Assembly: GCA_963924565.1 (NCBI GenBank)
Contig: OZ004609.1
Location: forward strand, 29,822,001-29,886,000
Source: Ascidiella aspersa
Lineage: Eukaryota
Direction: 5' to 3'
Length of the DNA stretch: 64,000 bases
How positions within the stretch are numbered: the first letter of the stretch is position 1; each line of letters begins with the position of its first letter. The notes below the pieces were generated by a model. The model saw only the letters and a program-made list of their open reading frames with translations. It did not search any database and was not told where the DNA came from. Both the position numbers and the translations under genes were made by a program. This document shows positions 37,019 to 49,464 of this stretch, one piece after another.

Positions 37019-39586
37019 TTTGGTTATTATTTTGCTGTAGTGTATTTTTGTAACCTTTAAAAAAGTCATAATGTGGGATCAATGAAGTGTTTTTTTAAGG
37101 TGTTTTGGAAATTTCTCCAGCGGTTTCCCAAATTTTGGACTTGCAACTTTTTGGTATTTAAATGAAACACCTGCGGTCTCTTAAAACTACTTAGCGGTCA
37201 CCCAAACCAAACCTTAAAAAAACCCTGTATATATATATTATATACACATACGCGTACTGTACATAAACTGTCATCTATAACCCTTAAAAGTCGCTTTTGG
37301 ACCAACCGTAACGGCTGGCGTTTGGGATAAATTACTTTTTTTTAAAAACCGCTCTCCGGAAAACCCTCTCACAAAATCGGTTCGATGATATTAAAAGTTT
37401 TTTTTTTAATTACTTTGAACAACCAAAAGCTATTTTTGACGTATGGGTTGATGATTGTAAAGTTCGATTGACCCGTTGTGTCTTCTTTAAAAACGAACAG
37501 CACGCAATTATCAGTTGGCTCTAGATACATGCTAACTAACAAACCGTAAAGACACTATTTTTTTTTCGTTTCTAATCCGAGCACTGTGGCCTGCAGCTCC
37601 AATACAAAATCTTTATAAACTTTTTCACTACACGACCAAAACCTTGAGCCTAATGTTGAAATAGGCATTTAGTTTCTTGTTTAAAATTTTTATCAAATAT
37701 GTTTTCATTTAGGAAAAATCGAACGCAACAATCGATAACGTTTTAAAATAGCCTCTCGTCTCGTTTATGTAAACCCGTTCTATACGGTGGCAAAACAGTA
37801 ACATTAGGTAGTTCGTTTAAGCTCGTGAAAAAACACTAGTTATGTCTTGCTGTTCGACGATGTATGAAGTGCCAGTGACCAGTCGATCTAATATACCTTC
37901 ACAAGTGCCCGCTTTGCATACACCAACCATGATGAAAAGGCGCGTCGCTGCTATAGTGCTTATTTGCGGTGAAACCTGGGCGGTCTACAGTTTCTCGCTT
38001 TGCATTCAGCAACAGAATCAATAGTTAAAGAATTTGCATTCTTCGACGAATACGCGTAGCTAATATGCGCAGTATTACACAAATTCAAAACTCAGCATAA
38101 GGCTATCTTTGTTCATGGAGCGCGAGTCAGTCGTATAATTAAACCAGCTCAATGCAAATCATTCTGTTAACGAATTATGGGAGGGCAGGTTTAGACGTAT
38201 AATTATTTCACACTTCAACGTTCAATGCGTAGACGTTCTCTGTTTTGTGCTGCCCACTAAACATTAGTAGTGAACACTTTCCTTATTTAATTGATCGGCG
38301 ATTTCTTTAATGGATGATATTTGAACTCTTTTTCGAAATTGTAAGTAAGGCCCGATTTTAATTAAAGATCCAGTCAGTAGAAATCCGATAAACGACCGTA
38401 GAAAATTCTACAGATTTTATCATTTAATTGATATGGATTATAAAACCCAAGAATAAAATAGATTTTTTTACGAATTGAGACGAAATTTCTCCAAGATAAA
38501 AAGCTTTGCAATTCCCTAGAAACCTGGTAATTTTCGTCTTGGAAAAAAAAACAGGTTGTAACATAATATTGACCATTACAGATATAAAAAACACGTTAAC
38601 GTTTTTAACAACGTAAAACCGTATAGGCGTATAGCATGAATTTCTTGGAACAATTTGTTTTATATTTATTTAGCCATTTATTATTAGCTAATTTCCCATG
38701 AAAATTTAAGAAACGGTACACTATTCGCGGATCTGTAATCTTGATAATTGATTACAAAACCAAAAACGTCAATCTACTTGATAATTTTGAGTTTGCAATT
38801 CATTATTCAGCCAACTTTAAGATTGCTGCCCAAAGACCGTGGCGTCGCGTCTAAAAGTCTTCTGGCCTTGCCAACGGAAGTCCCTTTCTAGTGTCGGCTA
38901 GAAAACGTAGCAAAACAGTATTTATGTAGTTAGCACATTTTTTCTTCCCAACCAGCTTGTATTCGCCCGCTCGACAGTAAAACATCCACCGCGGGCAAAC
39001 AGCAAGTTGCAGAAACGCCCCTTACGAGCCTCCCTTGAAGTCACGTGTCAAACTGCGGGCGCGTAAACACCCCTCGGGGTTACTCGCGGCCGGTACGCGC
39101 CTAGCCCTCTTGCACTTGTTAATGCCAAACGGGTTACATTCGGTCACCGCTCGTAACCCCGGTTCAAATGCGCTAATGCGAAACTTCGCGATGTGGACTT
39201 TGCCTGACAAGGCACTTGGGATGTAGGCGAAAGGTGTTCCAGCTATTTCCCCCTCGGGCTGTTTCATGTTATTCGAAAGCCCTATACATTCGATTCTTGT
39301 AAACCCGATTAACTTCTTGTAAAGGCGCTGTTTTCGCGATTTACAGTTTCGATAGCCGTGGCTTATAGGATTTGATTATTGCATGGTAAGTTGAGGGCCT
39401 TGGGGTAATTATAGAAGCGTTGTTTTGAACAACATATTGAGCAACCTTGCAGTTTTATTGTTTTCGAAATGTTTTAGTGCTTTACAACTGCGATTTGTAA
39501 CGAAAACGACCATAAATTGCTTTTGTTGACTATGTGATTATATATACTTTTTACTATATGATGGCATTTGAACATGTTTGTATAAA

Positions 39587-39946
39587 TTAGTCATGATTAT
39601 TTTTGTTAGAGCGTGGCTTCGGATTCCAGAAATTCACTTTACTACTGTCAAAATATCCCATTGGAGAATGAATTATCCCACCAAACAAATATTCTTGATC
39701 CGCCCTTGCTAAAACAAATTCAAACAAGCCTACACCCTTCTCTACCTTATTCATCAAATTCACACCTGCTAGTCTCTTTATGGGCGCCATGTTGTATCCC
39801 AGTGTAAGCACACATTCCAACGTGAGGCGTTGTAACAGCGATTCACTGGCCAGTGGTGTAATCGTTTTCATCGCAGTGGCGAACTCCTCCATCGACATGA
39901 GGCCCTTTTCCTTCATTGGCAAGTTGGCCAGACGGGCCTCGGAGTC
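39587..39946 (-). pseudogene. Orphan exon-like ORF or gene fragment with an EF-hand-like segment
   Basis: 119 open codons after a possible CCACAG acceptor: DSEARLANLPMKEKGLMSMEEFATAMKTITPLASESLLQRL...; upstream the same frame still looks protein-like but has several stops; no partner coding exons found. Confidence 0.4.
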
Positions 39947-41605
39947 CTGTGGAGGTTATATAGCGTTTCTTCATATTGTTTCCTTGGTCTTGTTGAGATT
40001 TTCATATGCAAACGCTTACGCGTTATTTTACGTAATGGATCATTCCACGTAAAACTGGATTCATTTTTCTCAAAGTTCGAGCGAGGTTGGTCACTGCGTT
40101 TAGCGAGGTTGGTCACAGCCTAAACGTGCGGATATTGATGTGTTTATTAAAAAATACTTAAAATAGATCGTGCTTGTAAAACAACTATCGAAAATTTTAC
40201 ATTACTTAAAGTGATAAAGTGCAAATATTTTATTTATTTTTTTAATTATTTTCCTTGTATAACCGCGCTTAACTCAAACTAATGTACAAATGTCTGTTTA
40301 AAGACAAAACAGATGTGCTGACATTTAAAAAAAATGGTAACGATCTGTTTTTATTCCTTACCCCTGGGAAGAAATTAATATATTTCCTTTAGGGGATTTT
40401 CCGAAGTTTTACTAATTCAATATTTGGTTGCATCAAACAGTAAAAGCTTAAAACAATAATTGTTAAACTACCCGCTCCCTCCGAGAAAAAAACTGTTCCA
40501 GACCCCTCCCTTTGATGTATGCCAAATGACGATTTGGTGTTCCCGGCGAGAAATTTACGAGAACTAGCTCATAAATATCGTAATTCTGCGTGTTATTAAT
40601 GTGTGACTAAACAACTTTTGTCGGAAGCCGGTAACATTGCTGGTTAGTGTGGCTGTGCGTACCGTTTACGTTCACCGGCGGCAAACATGTGCACGTCAAT
40701 CTGTTGCCAAACTTTGAGTGCTTGGTCCTTTTACCGAAACCCGCTAGTCGTCACTTACCAGAAGGCAAGGTCGCTCAGCATTTGCAAAGCTCCACGCAAA
40801 CACGCAAACACGCAAACGAAAAAGAGCACCTTCCCGTACCACAGTGTACCAAGCGTCACGTACTGCCTATTGCTGTTTTTCACTGATATCTTTCCGGCAC
40901 ATTCCACTGTATTTTTCACTGATTTCTCATGTAGCCTTTCACTGCTATTGTTGACTTAAAGCTGCTTTGTCTGCGGTAAAATTTTGGGAAACTTTCAAGG
41001 ACATAACAGTTTAGAACTGCCAGATGGCAGAATTTTTGAAAACCGGTCGCAATTTCGTATTATCGGTATGTCATATTTTTGCGAAATAAACATTTAGTGT
41101 TCTTATCTAATTTTTGACATGCACAAACTGATAATACAATTTTGACTTGCACATTGACTATAAATTTTGTTTCTATAAACACCACTTATAATTTTAAATA
41201 AAAAAGAATGTCTTAAATATTTTAATAACCAAGTGCATTGAACTAAACAAGTGTACACTAAGTCAGTTTAGCTGCAGAATAAAACATCCTAATAATTTTT
41301 TTCGTGATTTTTCATAGTCGGAAATTGATCAGATGATTCGTCTTCGATAATAAATCGTAAATTTCACAAAGATATTCTCTGGCTAAACTTTCTTTATTCA
41401 CGACGATGATCAAATTAAGTATCTTTATCAAAGAAAAAAAATGATAGACTATAGACTACTCTTTCCTGGGACTTTTATGTTTCTTATGTCCAGATTCAAT
41501 CAAAATTTGGGTAGTATTCGGCAGTAATTTAATGTCTTTCTAAAATAAAATCAAGCGCTTGAAAAAAAATAATTTAAATCGTATTAGCTTTAATCTAAAT
41601 TAACT

Positions 41606-42008
41606 CAGGCCTGTGGAGTCGGATTCCGAATCGGGACTCGGGACTCGATGGAGTCAGTTTGTTTTGCTAGAGTCGGACTCTGGACTCGTAACTCGAGTGA
41701 GACCACGTAAAACTACATGAGACCTGATTCCGACGTGCTCATGCGAAGTACCAATTTATGAAACTGATATGCCCACCAACTGTAAGTTGTAAAGGCGGAA
41801 TAGCATTCGGTGGATATTTTCCAACCATGTATTGTAAGTGATTGAAATATATGTCCCTCTATAAGTTAATTGTGAAATATCCACCGTATTAAGTTAGGTA
41901 AATTGGTGGAATACAGGTTGTAGAGTCAGCGACGGACTTGGGACTTGACGGAATCCTACATTTGGCTGGAGTTGGACTCTTATTTTTTTTACCGACTCCA
42001 CAGTCCTG
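41606..42008. mobile_element. MITE with GGAGTC/GACTC repeats (copy 2)
   Basis: TIR CAGGCCTGTGGAGTCGG ... CCGACTCCACAGTCCTG; homologous to 14026-14434; a further end fragment at ~58680. Confidence 0.75.
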
Positions 42009-42644
42009 GCTTAAAGTAAGGGTAAACACAAACAAAGCCAGTCGTACAATAGCAAATGACATTAAAAGATCGTGTATTACGAAATTTGAAAAAAATACTG
42101 TATTTCAGGAGGTGAAATGCTTCCTAATTTCTTACAACCTTTGTTTATTTAAAATTGAAAACGACGTTTTAGCGAAAAAACAGAGTTAAAAATAATGTTA
42201 GTCGGATTGTGAGGGCAGTGAGTTGTTTTTATACCCATGAGTGGATTTCTGGATATCTACCTTATTTAAGTTAGTAGATTTGTGGTAAACTGGACTAGTG
42301 TAGGCCGGGACTCGGAATTCCAAAACAAGAAAATAAACTAGACCAGATTAAAACAATGTAACGGTAAAATTGGTATCGGTAATCGGTATATTTTCCATTA
42401 CAGGAAACGAACGTAAATTGTTGACTATAGCAAAGGATGTGCATTGTGCGTCCGAATAAAAAGGAAAGGCGTCATTGTATAAGGTTGTTTGAAAAAGTTA
42501 TAGCTTGTGTTGGGTTAAAAATCTTAAAAAACTATTGTTAGTATTATTAATGTCTCGACGTACGGCGAATAACATAAAATTTATCACAAAGGAGCCTTGT
42601 TTTAACATTTAACTATGTGCTTCTGATTCAATTTTTTTTCAAGT

Positions 42645-42935
42645 TAGTGATTCTTAAATGGTGTGCCGCGGCACACTAATGTGCCTCAATAGATTCCTAT
42701 GTGTGTCGCGAAACTTTTCCTATTCAGGAAAGTAAAGTTTTAAGATTACTCATAGGCAAACAAACACGTAAGACTTGGATGCTCAACATACCTTGTAAAA
42801 CTGATATTATAATGGTATTTAGCCTACTTATTTCAGTGCCGTGTGAGGGCTCTTTAATGTTTTAAATTATTGATTTGTAAAAGTTTGCCGCAATTTTTTT
42901 ATTTTATTAGTTTACCACAAGCTAAAAGGGTTCAA
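42645..42935. mobile_element. Degenerate hAT-like MITE
   Basis: TAGTGATTCTTAAATGGTGTGCCGCGGCACAC left end and GTGCCG/GTGTCG repeats; right end eroded. Confidence 0.4.
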
Positions 42936-45720
42936 GTTTTAAGTAGTAATAACCCTTAACGTACAACATGAAATGAAAAAAAATATCAAAAATATTTGTT
43001 TCATTCGATAATTCCAAATGCAGTTTTATCTAATCGCAGTGACCGACAGTAATGTTCGACAACAGTTAAGGGCCGTACAGAAAATAAGACGTTAATGTCC
43101 CTTAAGTAGCTCGGTGTATTCTGCAACAACTGAAGCGCAAACGGTTTTCAATTATTAACTGAGATTGTCTTAAAGGTGCCCATAGCCCACAGGATTCGCG
43201 GGGAATTCAAACACATGGCCTTGCGTTTGGCCGCAATTACCAAGTGATTAAGGTCCATGCCAAGAGCAAGCAAGTGCAGGACTCTTTTTCTACAGTTGCT
43301 TTCGTTGCAGACTACCGATGCATACCAAGGTGGTTAGAGTCAATATCGCACGTCAGTGCCAACAGAAAATAAAGGCGTGTCCGTGTTTGTCTTTAGTTAC
43401 CAGTGATGTGATTCGCACGCAGCGTCGCTTTGTTGCGGACGCAGCGTCGCTGTGTCAGAATACATGCAGAGGCTAACAGGGCGGGCATTTCACCCGGATT
43501 GCTAAAAAGTGTTCTTTGAAAAGTTTTAAGGACTAAATGTGCTTTTTAGAACGGATTCAAGGTTTGCAAGACGACTCTTTCACGCCGATAACGGTACTAA
43601 AATGTGTGTTTTTCCAATGCTGATTTTAAGCTGAACATCCGTTTGATTTGCTTGGAATTCAATAACTTATATATATTTGAAAAACCCGTAATTATGCAAG
43701 TAAAAGATTCAAACTATTTTACTTTTACGTATTCATTGAAATTTAAATGCTTGTTAACAAGGAAATGGATATTTACAAAGGCTGTTTTAATAATTCTTAT
43801 TGCGGGGCTGCAAATAAGGTCTAAATATCGGCATATTTTATCAGAAGCAGGTGAGTAAGCGATATACAAGTCAAGTTTGAGTAAAGTTTTAACTAATAAT
43901 ACCAAGTCTCTTTTAGTTTGCTTAGGTTTCTTGTCAAATCTTTTTGTATTGTTGTAAGTCGTTTCTTTTTTACTTTTTTTTGCGACACGCGAATTGCCTC
44001 TCGTTGTGCCTTTTCTGTTCCATGTAAGACCATTCGATTACTCTGCGACAGGATTGACCGAAACTTATTGGAGTTTTTAGGATTTGTACAGTGTCAACTT
44101 CGTTGGCTTAAGTTACTGAATACTGAATATTGATGATTTATCGGGGTTTTCAAACTATGCAAGCCCCTATAAATCGATAATATTTGGTAAATTTTAAACC
44201 TATTTTTCTGCACTTTTCTATGTGAGCCCCGGTTTTCACTTCGACTCTTTTGAATGCAAATCCTTAAGAGAATCCTTTTGGTCGCGCTTTAACGTCGTAA
44301 CACTCGTTAAACCTAAAACATTAAACCAGTTTTATTTTGAAGCTTAACGGTTAAATGTTTCGGTTGGACGTATAGTAGAAAACGGTTAAATGTTTTTGGT
44401 TAGACGTAGTAGGAAAATTAAAACACATGTATAGAAGTAGGTAACATTTTAAACCTTTCGAGTGTGTCTTCATTTCGTTTTCAGCATCGAACAATATCTG
44501 GCACGTTATTATTTTATTGTTTTTTTAATCTTCTCTGTATAATGTTTTACGCATAGTGCATTTTTACGTTTCATACTAGTAGTCCGGTGGTTGTAATCCT
44601 CGACCTGTGGTTCCGCCCTACTACAGACGGCTAGGCTCCCTACTACAGACGGCTACCTTTGTTGCCGAAAGGCCAAAGTTAACTAACATTCTACTTCTAT
44701 TTTTAGTTAGTTTCGGTCACTTGTTAGGCGTTTTTCAGATAGTCATGATTTTATACCCGTTATTTGGTAACTTACGTGCATCAATCGTTTGATTCGATTG
44801 CCTAAATGACCAATGGCGAATGTAAAGTCTCGTGAAAGAGAGTTTTGGTCGTGCTCGTGGCTATCACCTTACGGAACGTACAGGACTACGATTTGTATGC
44901 GCTTTCAGCATTGTTTCTCAACCTATGGGTTGCGACCCAAAACTGCGTCGCCGTTTTATGTGATTGGGTTGCCGACTGTAAAGGTTCATAAGGTTAGATT
45001 TATTGAGACTGGTCGAGAACAATGTTTTCTATATAGATGTTTTTTCGGTCGAGATTATTTTTTTTCTCGAAATTTGAGAAAACTGTGGTAGAAATACGGA
45101 GACATGGCTCATATTAATTAAGTTCGCATTTGTATATGCTTTTTATGCTATCTCACTTAATAAGAGTTCAGCCTGGTCGCCAAAGCTTTGCTGTTGTATT
45201 TACATGTAGTAATTGGTTCCTTCCCGGTCTAATTTCCAAGTAATATATTGCCCTGAACGCAAACCGTAAAGGAATTTAGTCCATTTTAAGACCAGACCTT
45301 CTGCCCAGAGTTAAAAATTTACCGTATCTCTTATTTCGTAATATAGAACCTGCTATAATTATTGTTGTGTTTTATCGAAAATCTTTTGTTTCTCAAGTGT
45401 TCTTTGGTGTTTTTTTATATATAGTTTTGTTTCTTCTCAGTACCCGTACCCGTATACATTATACAATCTACCTTCGGGTCTTTCGTCACCCTTCACTTTA
45501 ATTTCTTCGTTTCTTTGTAGTTGTTTTCCAAAATCACTACACAACGTGCAAATAAAATATCTATCTATCTCTCAAAGCAAGGCGTTAGGTCGTCGGTTGT
45601 TTATTTGGTTTCGCAAGAGGTCTGGTCAGGGTCGGGTACCTATATTCATACCAACTTGTGTACTATGAAATGTACACACACATATATGTACGTGTTCTTC
45701 ACAACTGTGATCCATAACTG

Positions 45721-45796
45721 AGTCTGTGTAGTTCACTTGGTAGAGCGACGGTCCCGTTATGACCAGAGATCATGAGTTCAAACCTCACTGCAGGCT
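45721..45796 (+). mobile_element. tRNA-derived SINE head / tRNA pseudogene (copy 2), ~145 bp upstream of the CYP-B ATG
   Basis: AGTCTGTGTAGTTCACTTGGTAGAGCGACGGTCCCGTTATGACCAGAGATCATGAGTTCAAACCTCACTGCAGGCT: cloverleaf-like with stem mismatches, C in place of U33, no adjacent oligo-T terminator. Confidence 0.7.
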
Positions 45797-45941
45797 AGTT
45801 GTGTGATCGACAGATTCGGTTATCCTGCGATGGCTTCCGGTGCAACTTGTGTACTATAACTATATTTTCGTTTTCTTTCAGTTCTTTTAAGTTATTTTAA
45901 TTTCATTTTTTTAAGTTGCAACCCTTTTTCGAAACAACGGC

Positions 45942-48900
45942 ATGCACGTTCTGGTTGATCTTTACCCGCGTCTCTCGTACACCAGCTGGGTGGCGATTGC
46001 CTCCACAGCGCTTTGCCTAATATGGTGGTACATGAACGCCAGTCCCAGGGGCGCGCCGCCGGGGCTCAACGGGCTCCCCTTCCTGGGGGTGATCCCCTAC
46101 ATCCGGTCGTATCCAGAGCGAAAGATGGCCGAGTGGAACCGTCGCTTTGGCGCCGTGTGCCGGGTCAAGTTCGCCACGAGGGATGTTGTACTGCTGGGCA
46201 GCGTCGAAGCAATAAACGAGGCCTTCGCCAAGTCGTCGGACTTTGGCGACCGGCTGCAAAACGGCATCACTGTATTTGACAATGATTTCGGAATGCTGAT
46301 GATCAACGGCGGCGACTTCCACCTTGAGCAGCGGCGCTTCGGCCTTCACACTCTCCGCGAGTTCGGTATGGGCAAGCGCAGCCTCGAACCGCGACTGGTA
46401 GAGATCGCAAACGAGCTGTGCGCGCGCATCGACCGCCTCTGTGACGTCAGCGGTGATGACGTGGCCCGGCCGTTCCCGGTGAACGACATGGTGCTGGAAA
46501 CGGTGGCGGACGTGGTGTCGCAAATCATGTTCGGCCACGAGAGATCGCAGAGCAGCGAGGCTATATGTGTGGTGATGAAGACCCTGACTGACAAGAACAA
46601 GTTCTCGGTGCTTTCGCTCATTACCATGTTCGCGCCCTTCACCAAGCACCTGCCCGTCTTCGACAAGGTGCGAACTTGCTAAACTTGGCTTGATAGGTGA
46701 AAGTGAGGTCTATAAATTACCTGGAGGTGTTTAATGGGGAATATCTCACGCCGGTTAAATGTATTCTTGCCGTTTTTGTAAAATAGATCTGTCGAAAAAA
46801 GTCGAACTCCGTAGAAATCCTAAAGGGAAAAAATGACCTGCATTAAAACATTCCCGCTTTAAAACATATTAAAATTTATTAAGGAGTTGTAAATATTGGT
46901 TGGTGGAAGCACATTTGTTTTCATTTTACAAAACGAACCAAGCGCACAAATCATTGCAGCGCACGGGAATCTTAAAATTTTGCTCTAAATTTATTATAAT
47001 TGCGTTATTCCGTTATTGATTCTACGTAATATCACAGGTTTACGAAGGTGGAATAAAGCTCAATCAATCTGTACAGGATGCCATCCGGAATGAGATAGCC
47101 GTCCACAAGGGGTCGTCAGTGAGTCACGAGTCCCGCGATTTCATCGACAGCTATTTAAAACGAATGGGGAAGGAAAAAAATCGTAAGCAAAATAAATCGA
47201 CTCTTTTATAATGTATGTGTAATGCCTACGTTCCTTTATACTAGTATACTTAAAGGGTCAATATTAACTACCACGTACCGCCAGACCATTGCCGAGGCAA
47301 AAATGCAATTTGTATTTCGTAAAACTAGCTAATATGTCCTAATTATTGAGTAAGATATGTCCTAAAAATATGTCCTAAATATTGAGTCGGTGTCCTAAAT
47401 ATTGAGTATTCCTTTTTATTCCATTTAATTTTAACTACTGATGAATATGGTTAAACTCCCCTTAAACGTTTTAAATAAAACTTGTAATTGAATGGAGGAA
47501 AGTTGGTTTATTTGAACAGTTAGACTAATATTATTCCACTGAGCCTGTGTACATTGGGATGTTGACGTCAACCTACACAACTCTAACTACAATTCTAAAA
47601 TTAAAAAAATTGAATTTTACAGGTCGCAAGCGGCATCAACAACACACCCACCACCACCATAACAACAACAATAACAACAACAATTACCTCGCCGTACCGC
47701 ACAACAACAACAACGGCCACAACAAGCACAAAAACAGCCACAGCGCCAAGAAGCACAAAAAGCACTTCGAGGCCAGCCCGAAGAAACCGCTTGGGCCGAG
47801 TTCGTTCAGCAAAGCTCAGCTGATCCACTTGTCCAAGGATATCTTCATGGCGGCCATGGACACGACCACGATTGCCATCTGCTGGACAATCCTTTACCTG
47901 TCCGAGTACCAGACGGTCCAGGTCAAAGTCCAAGATGAGATCGACCGTGTCCTGGGACCGAGCGGAATGCCCACGATGTCCGTTCTCAATAAGCTCCCCT
48001 ACGTGAGGGCGGTTTTACAGGTAACTTGTTTTTTTTTAAAGCAGAAGTCGCTGATATTTCTAAAGGTCTAGGAAATAGGTTTCAGCCCTCCGATTAAAGC
48101 TCCATTCCGAAACAGTTACATCGCTTTTCATTGTGTTCGTGATTACGGAACCCGCAATTATTTTTGGCAATATTGGCAACATGCGCATGATACCTGTAAC
48201 ATTGTGTAAGTAAATTAACCATAAAAATGAAAAAAAGTTACTGAGCTGTGCACAATTTTACATTTTCTGATAGCTTCTAATTACCGGCTTTTCTGTTTTC
48301 AATTCAATGCCGATTTGGTCGGTGTATGACTTCCATAAGGTTCAAACCACACATGAATCAAATGTGAAGCATACGTACACCAGTTTAGTGCACGCATCAA
48401 CATTTTGTGTTACAGCATAAACAGCAGTGTTTTAAAAACTTAAGTCTAGGTCGTTTTGGTAAAATGACTTGACCTGACTTACGTCTTTTCAACAAATGAC
48501 TTGACTTAGACTAACGTCATTGAGTCAAATGACTTTGGTTGAAATTAACTTTTTATTTATCATTTTTACATAAAACTGAGCTATGTCTATCAAGTTTTGC
48601 ACGTGAAACGATAAGATGCTACACGTTGTTTTTTTGTTATTTTTTGATTAGATATGTTTTATCGTTTTCATTTTCATATTTGTGGTTTAACTTGGAGATG
48701 ACTTACTCTAGTAATAACATTTTTATATTAGTGGTTTAACTTGGAGATGACTTACTCTAGTAATAACATTTTTATATTAGTGGTTTAACTTGGGAGATGA
48801 CTTACTCTAGTAATAACATTTTTATATTAGTGGTTTAACTTGGAGATGACTTACTCTAGTAATAATTTTACTGGACTCACTCGGACTTAACTTGGGTAAC

Positions 48901-49464
48901 TGATTACTTGGACTGGGACTTGACTTGTTATTTTTTTTAAAGACTTGACTTGACTTGGACTTGGACTTGAAGTTATTTCACATATGACTTGACTGCAACT
49001 TAAATTCATTTCAAAATAAGCAGTATACAATATCAATACGTTTAAACGTCCAGGAAGTCTTGCGAATCCGGCCTCCAGTTCCCTTGGGCCTACCGCACGT
49101 CGCCTCACGGGACTCTACACTCATGGGATATCGACTCAAAAAAGGCACTATCCTGCTGCCCAACATCTGGGCGGTCCACCACGACGCTGACATCTGGCCG
49201 GAACCGGACCGCTTCAACCCGGAACGGCACCTGGACGGCACCAGCGGGGAGTTCGTCAAGTCGACCAACGTGATCCCCTTTAGCATTGGGTCACGTAGTT
49301 GCTTGGGTCAACAGCTTGCCAACATGGAGCACTTCATCCAGACCGTTTGTCTCTTCCGTCGTTTCCACTTTCGAGTGGCGCCCGGCCAGAAGGTGGACAT
49401 GGAGGGTGAGAGCGTGGTCACCCTCAGGCCCTACGCCTACCCCCTTGTGGTTACTCGACGTTAA
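45942..49464 (+). CDS. Cytochrome P450, CYP2 clan (paralogue B), 4 exons, ~559 aa
   Basis: Exons 45942-46667, 47038-47182, 47623-48020, 49054-49464 (1680 nt); PPGLNGLPFLG, RRFGLHTLREFGMGKRSLE, SRDFIDSYL, AAMDTT, EVLR, FNPERH, heme FSIGSRSCLG. Confidence 0.95.
48425..49000. mobile_element. GACTT-repeat MITE in CYP-B intron 3
   Basis: Arrays of GACTTGACTT(G) at both ends; related right-end fragment ...ggacttgttacaacactg at ~35920-35981. Confidence 0.55.
48682..48865. repeat. 49-bp minisatellite, ~3.7 copies
   Basis: Unit gtggtttaacttggagatgacttactctagtaataacatttttatatta starting at 48682, 48731, 48780 (+1 G) and 48830 (partial). Confidence 0.95.

Noticed and set aside
36196-37082. Long overlapping or antisense ORFs over CYP-A exon 1 (likewise 46017-46666 over CYP-B)
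   Set aside because: By-products of GC-rich codon usage within real P450 exons.
45721-45796. Functional tRNA-Asn(GTT) gene
   Set aside because: Stem mismatches, C at position 33, no terminator and a diverged sibling at 33277 favour a SINE head or pseudogene.
48682-48865. Regular 49-bp repeats as a CRISPR array
   Set aside because: Units are head-to-tail with no unique spacers; eukaryotic intron; no cas genes.
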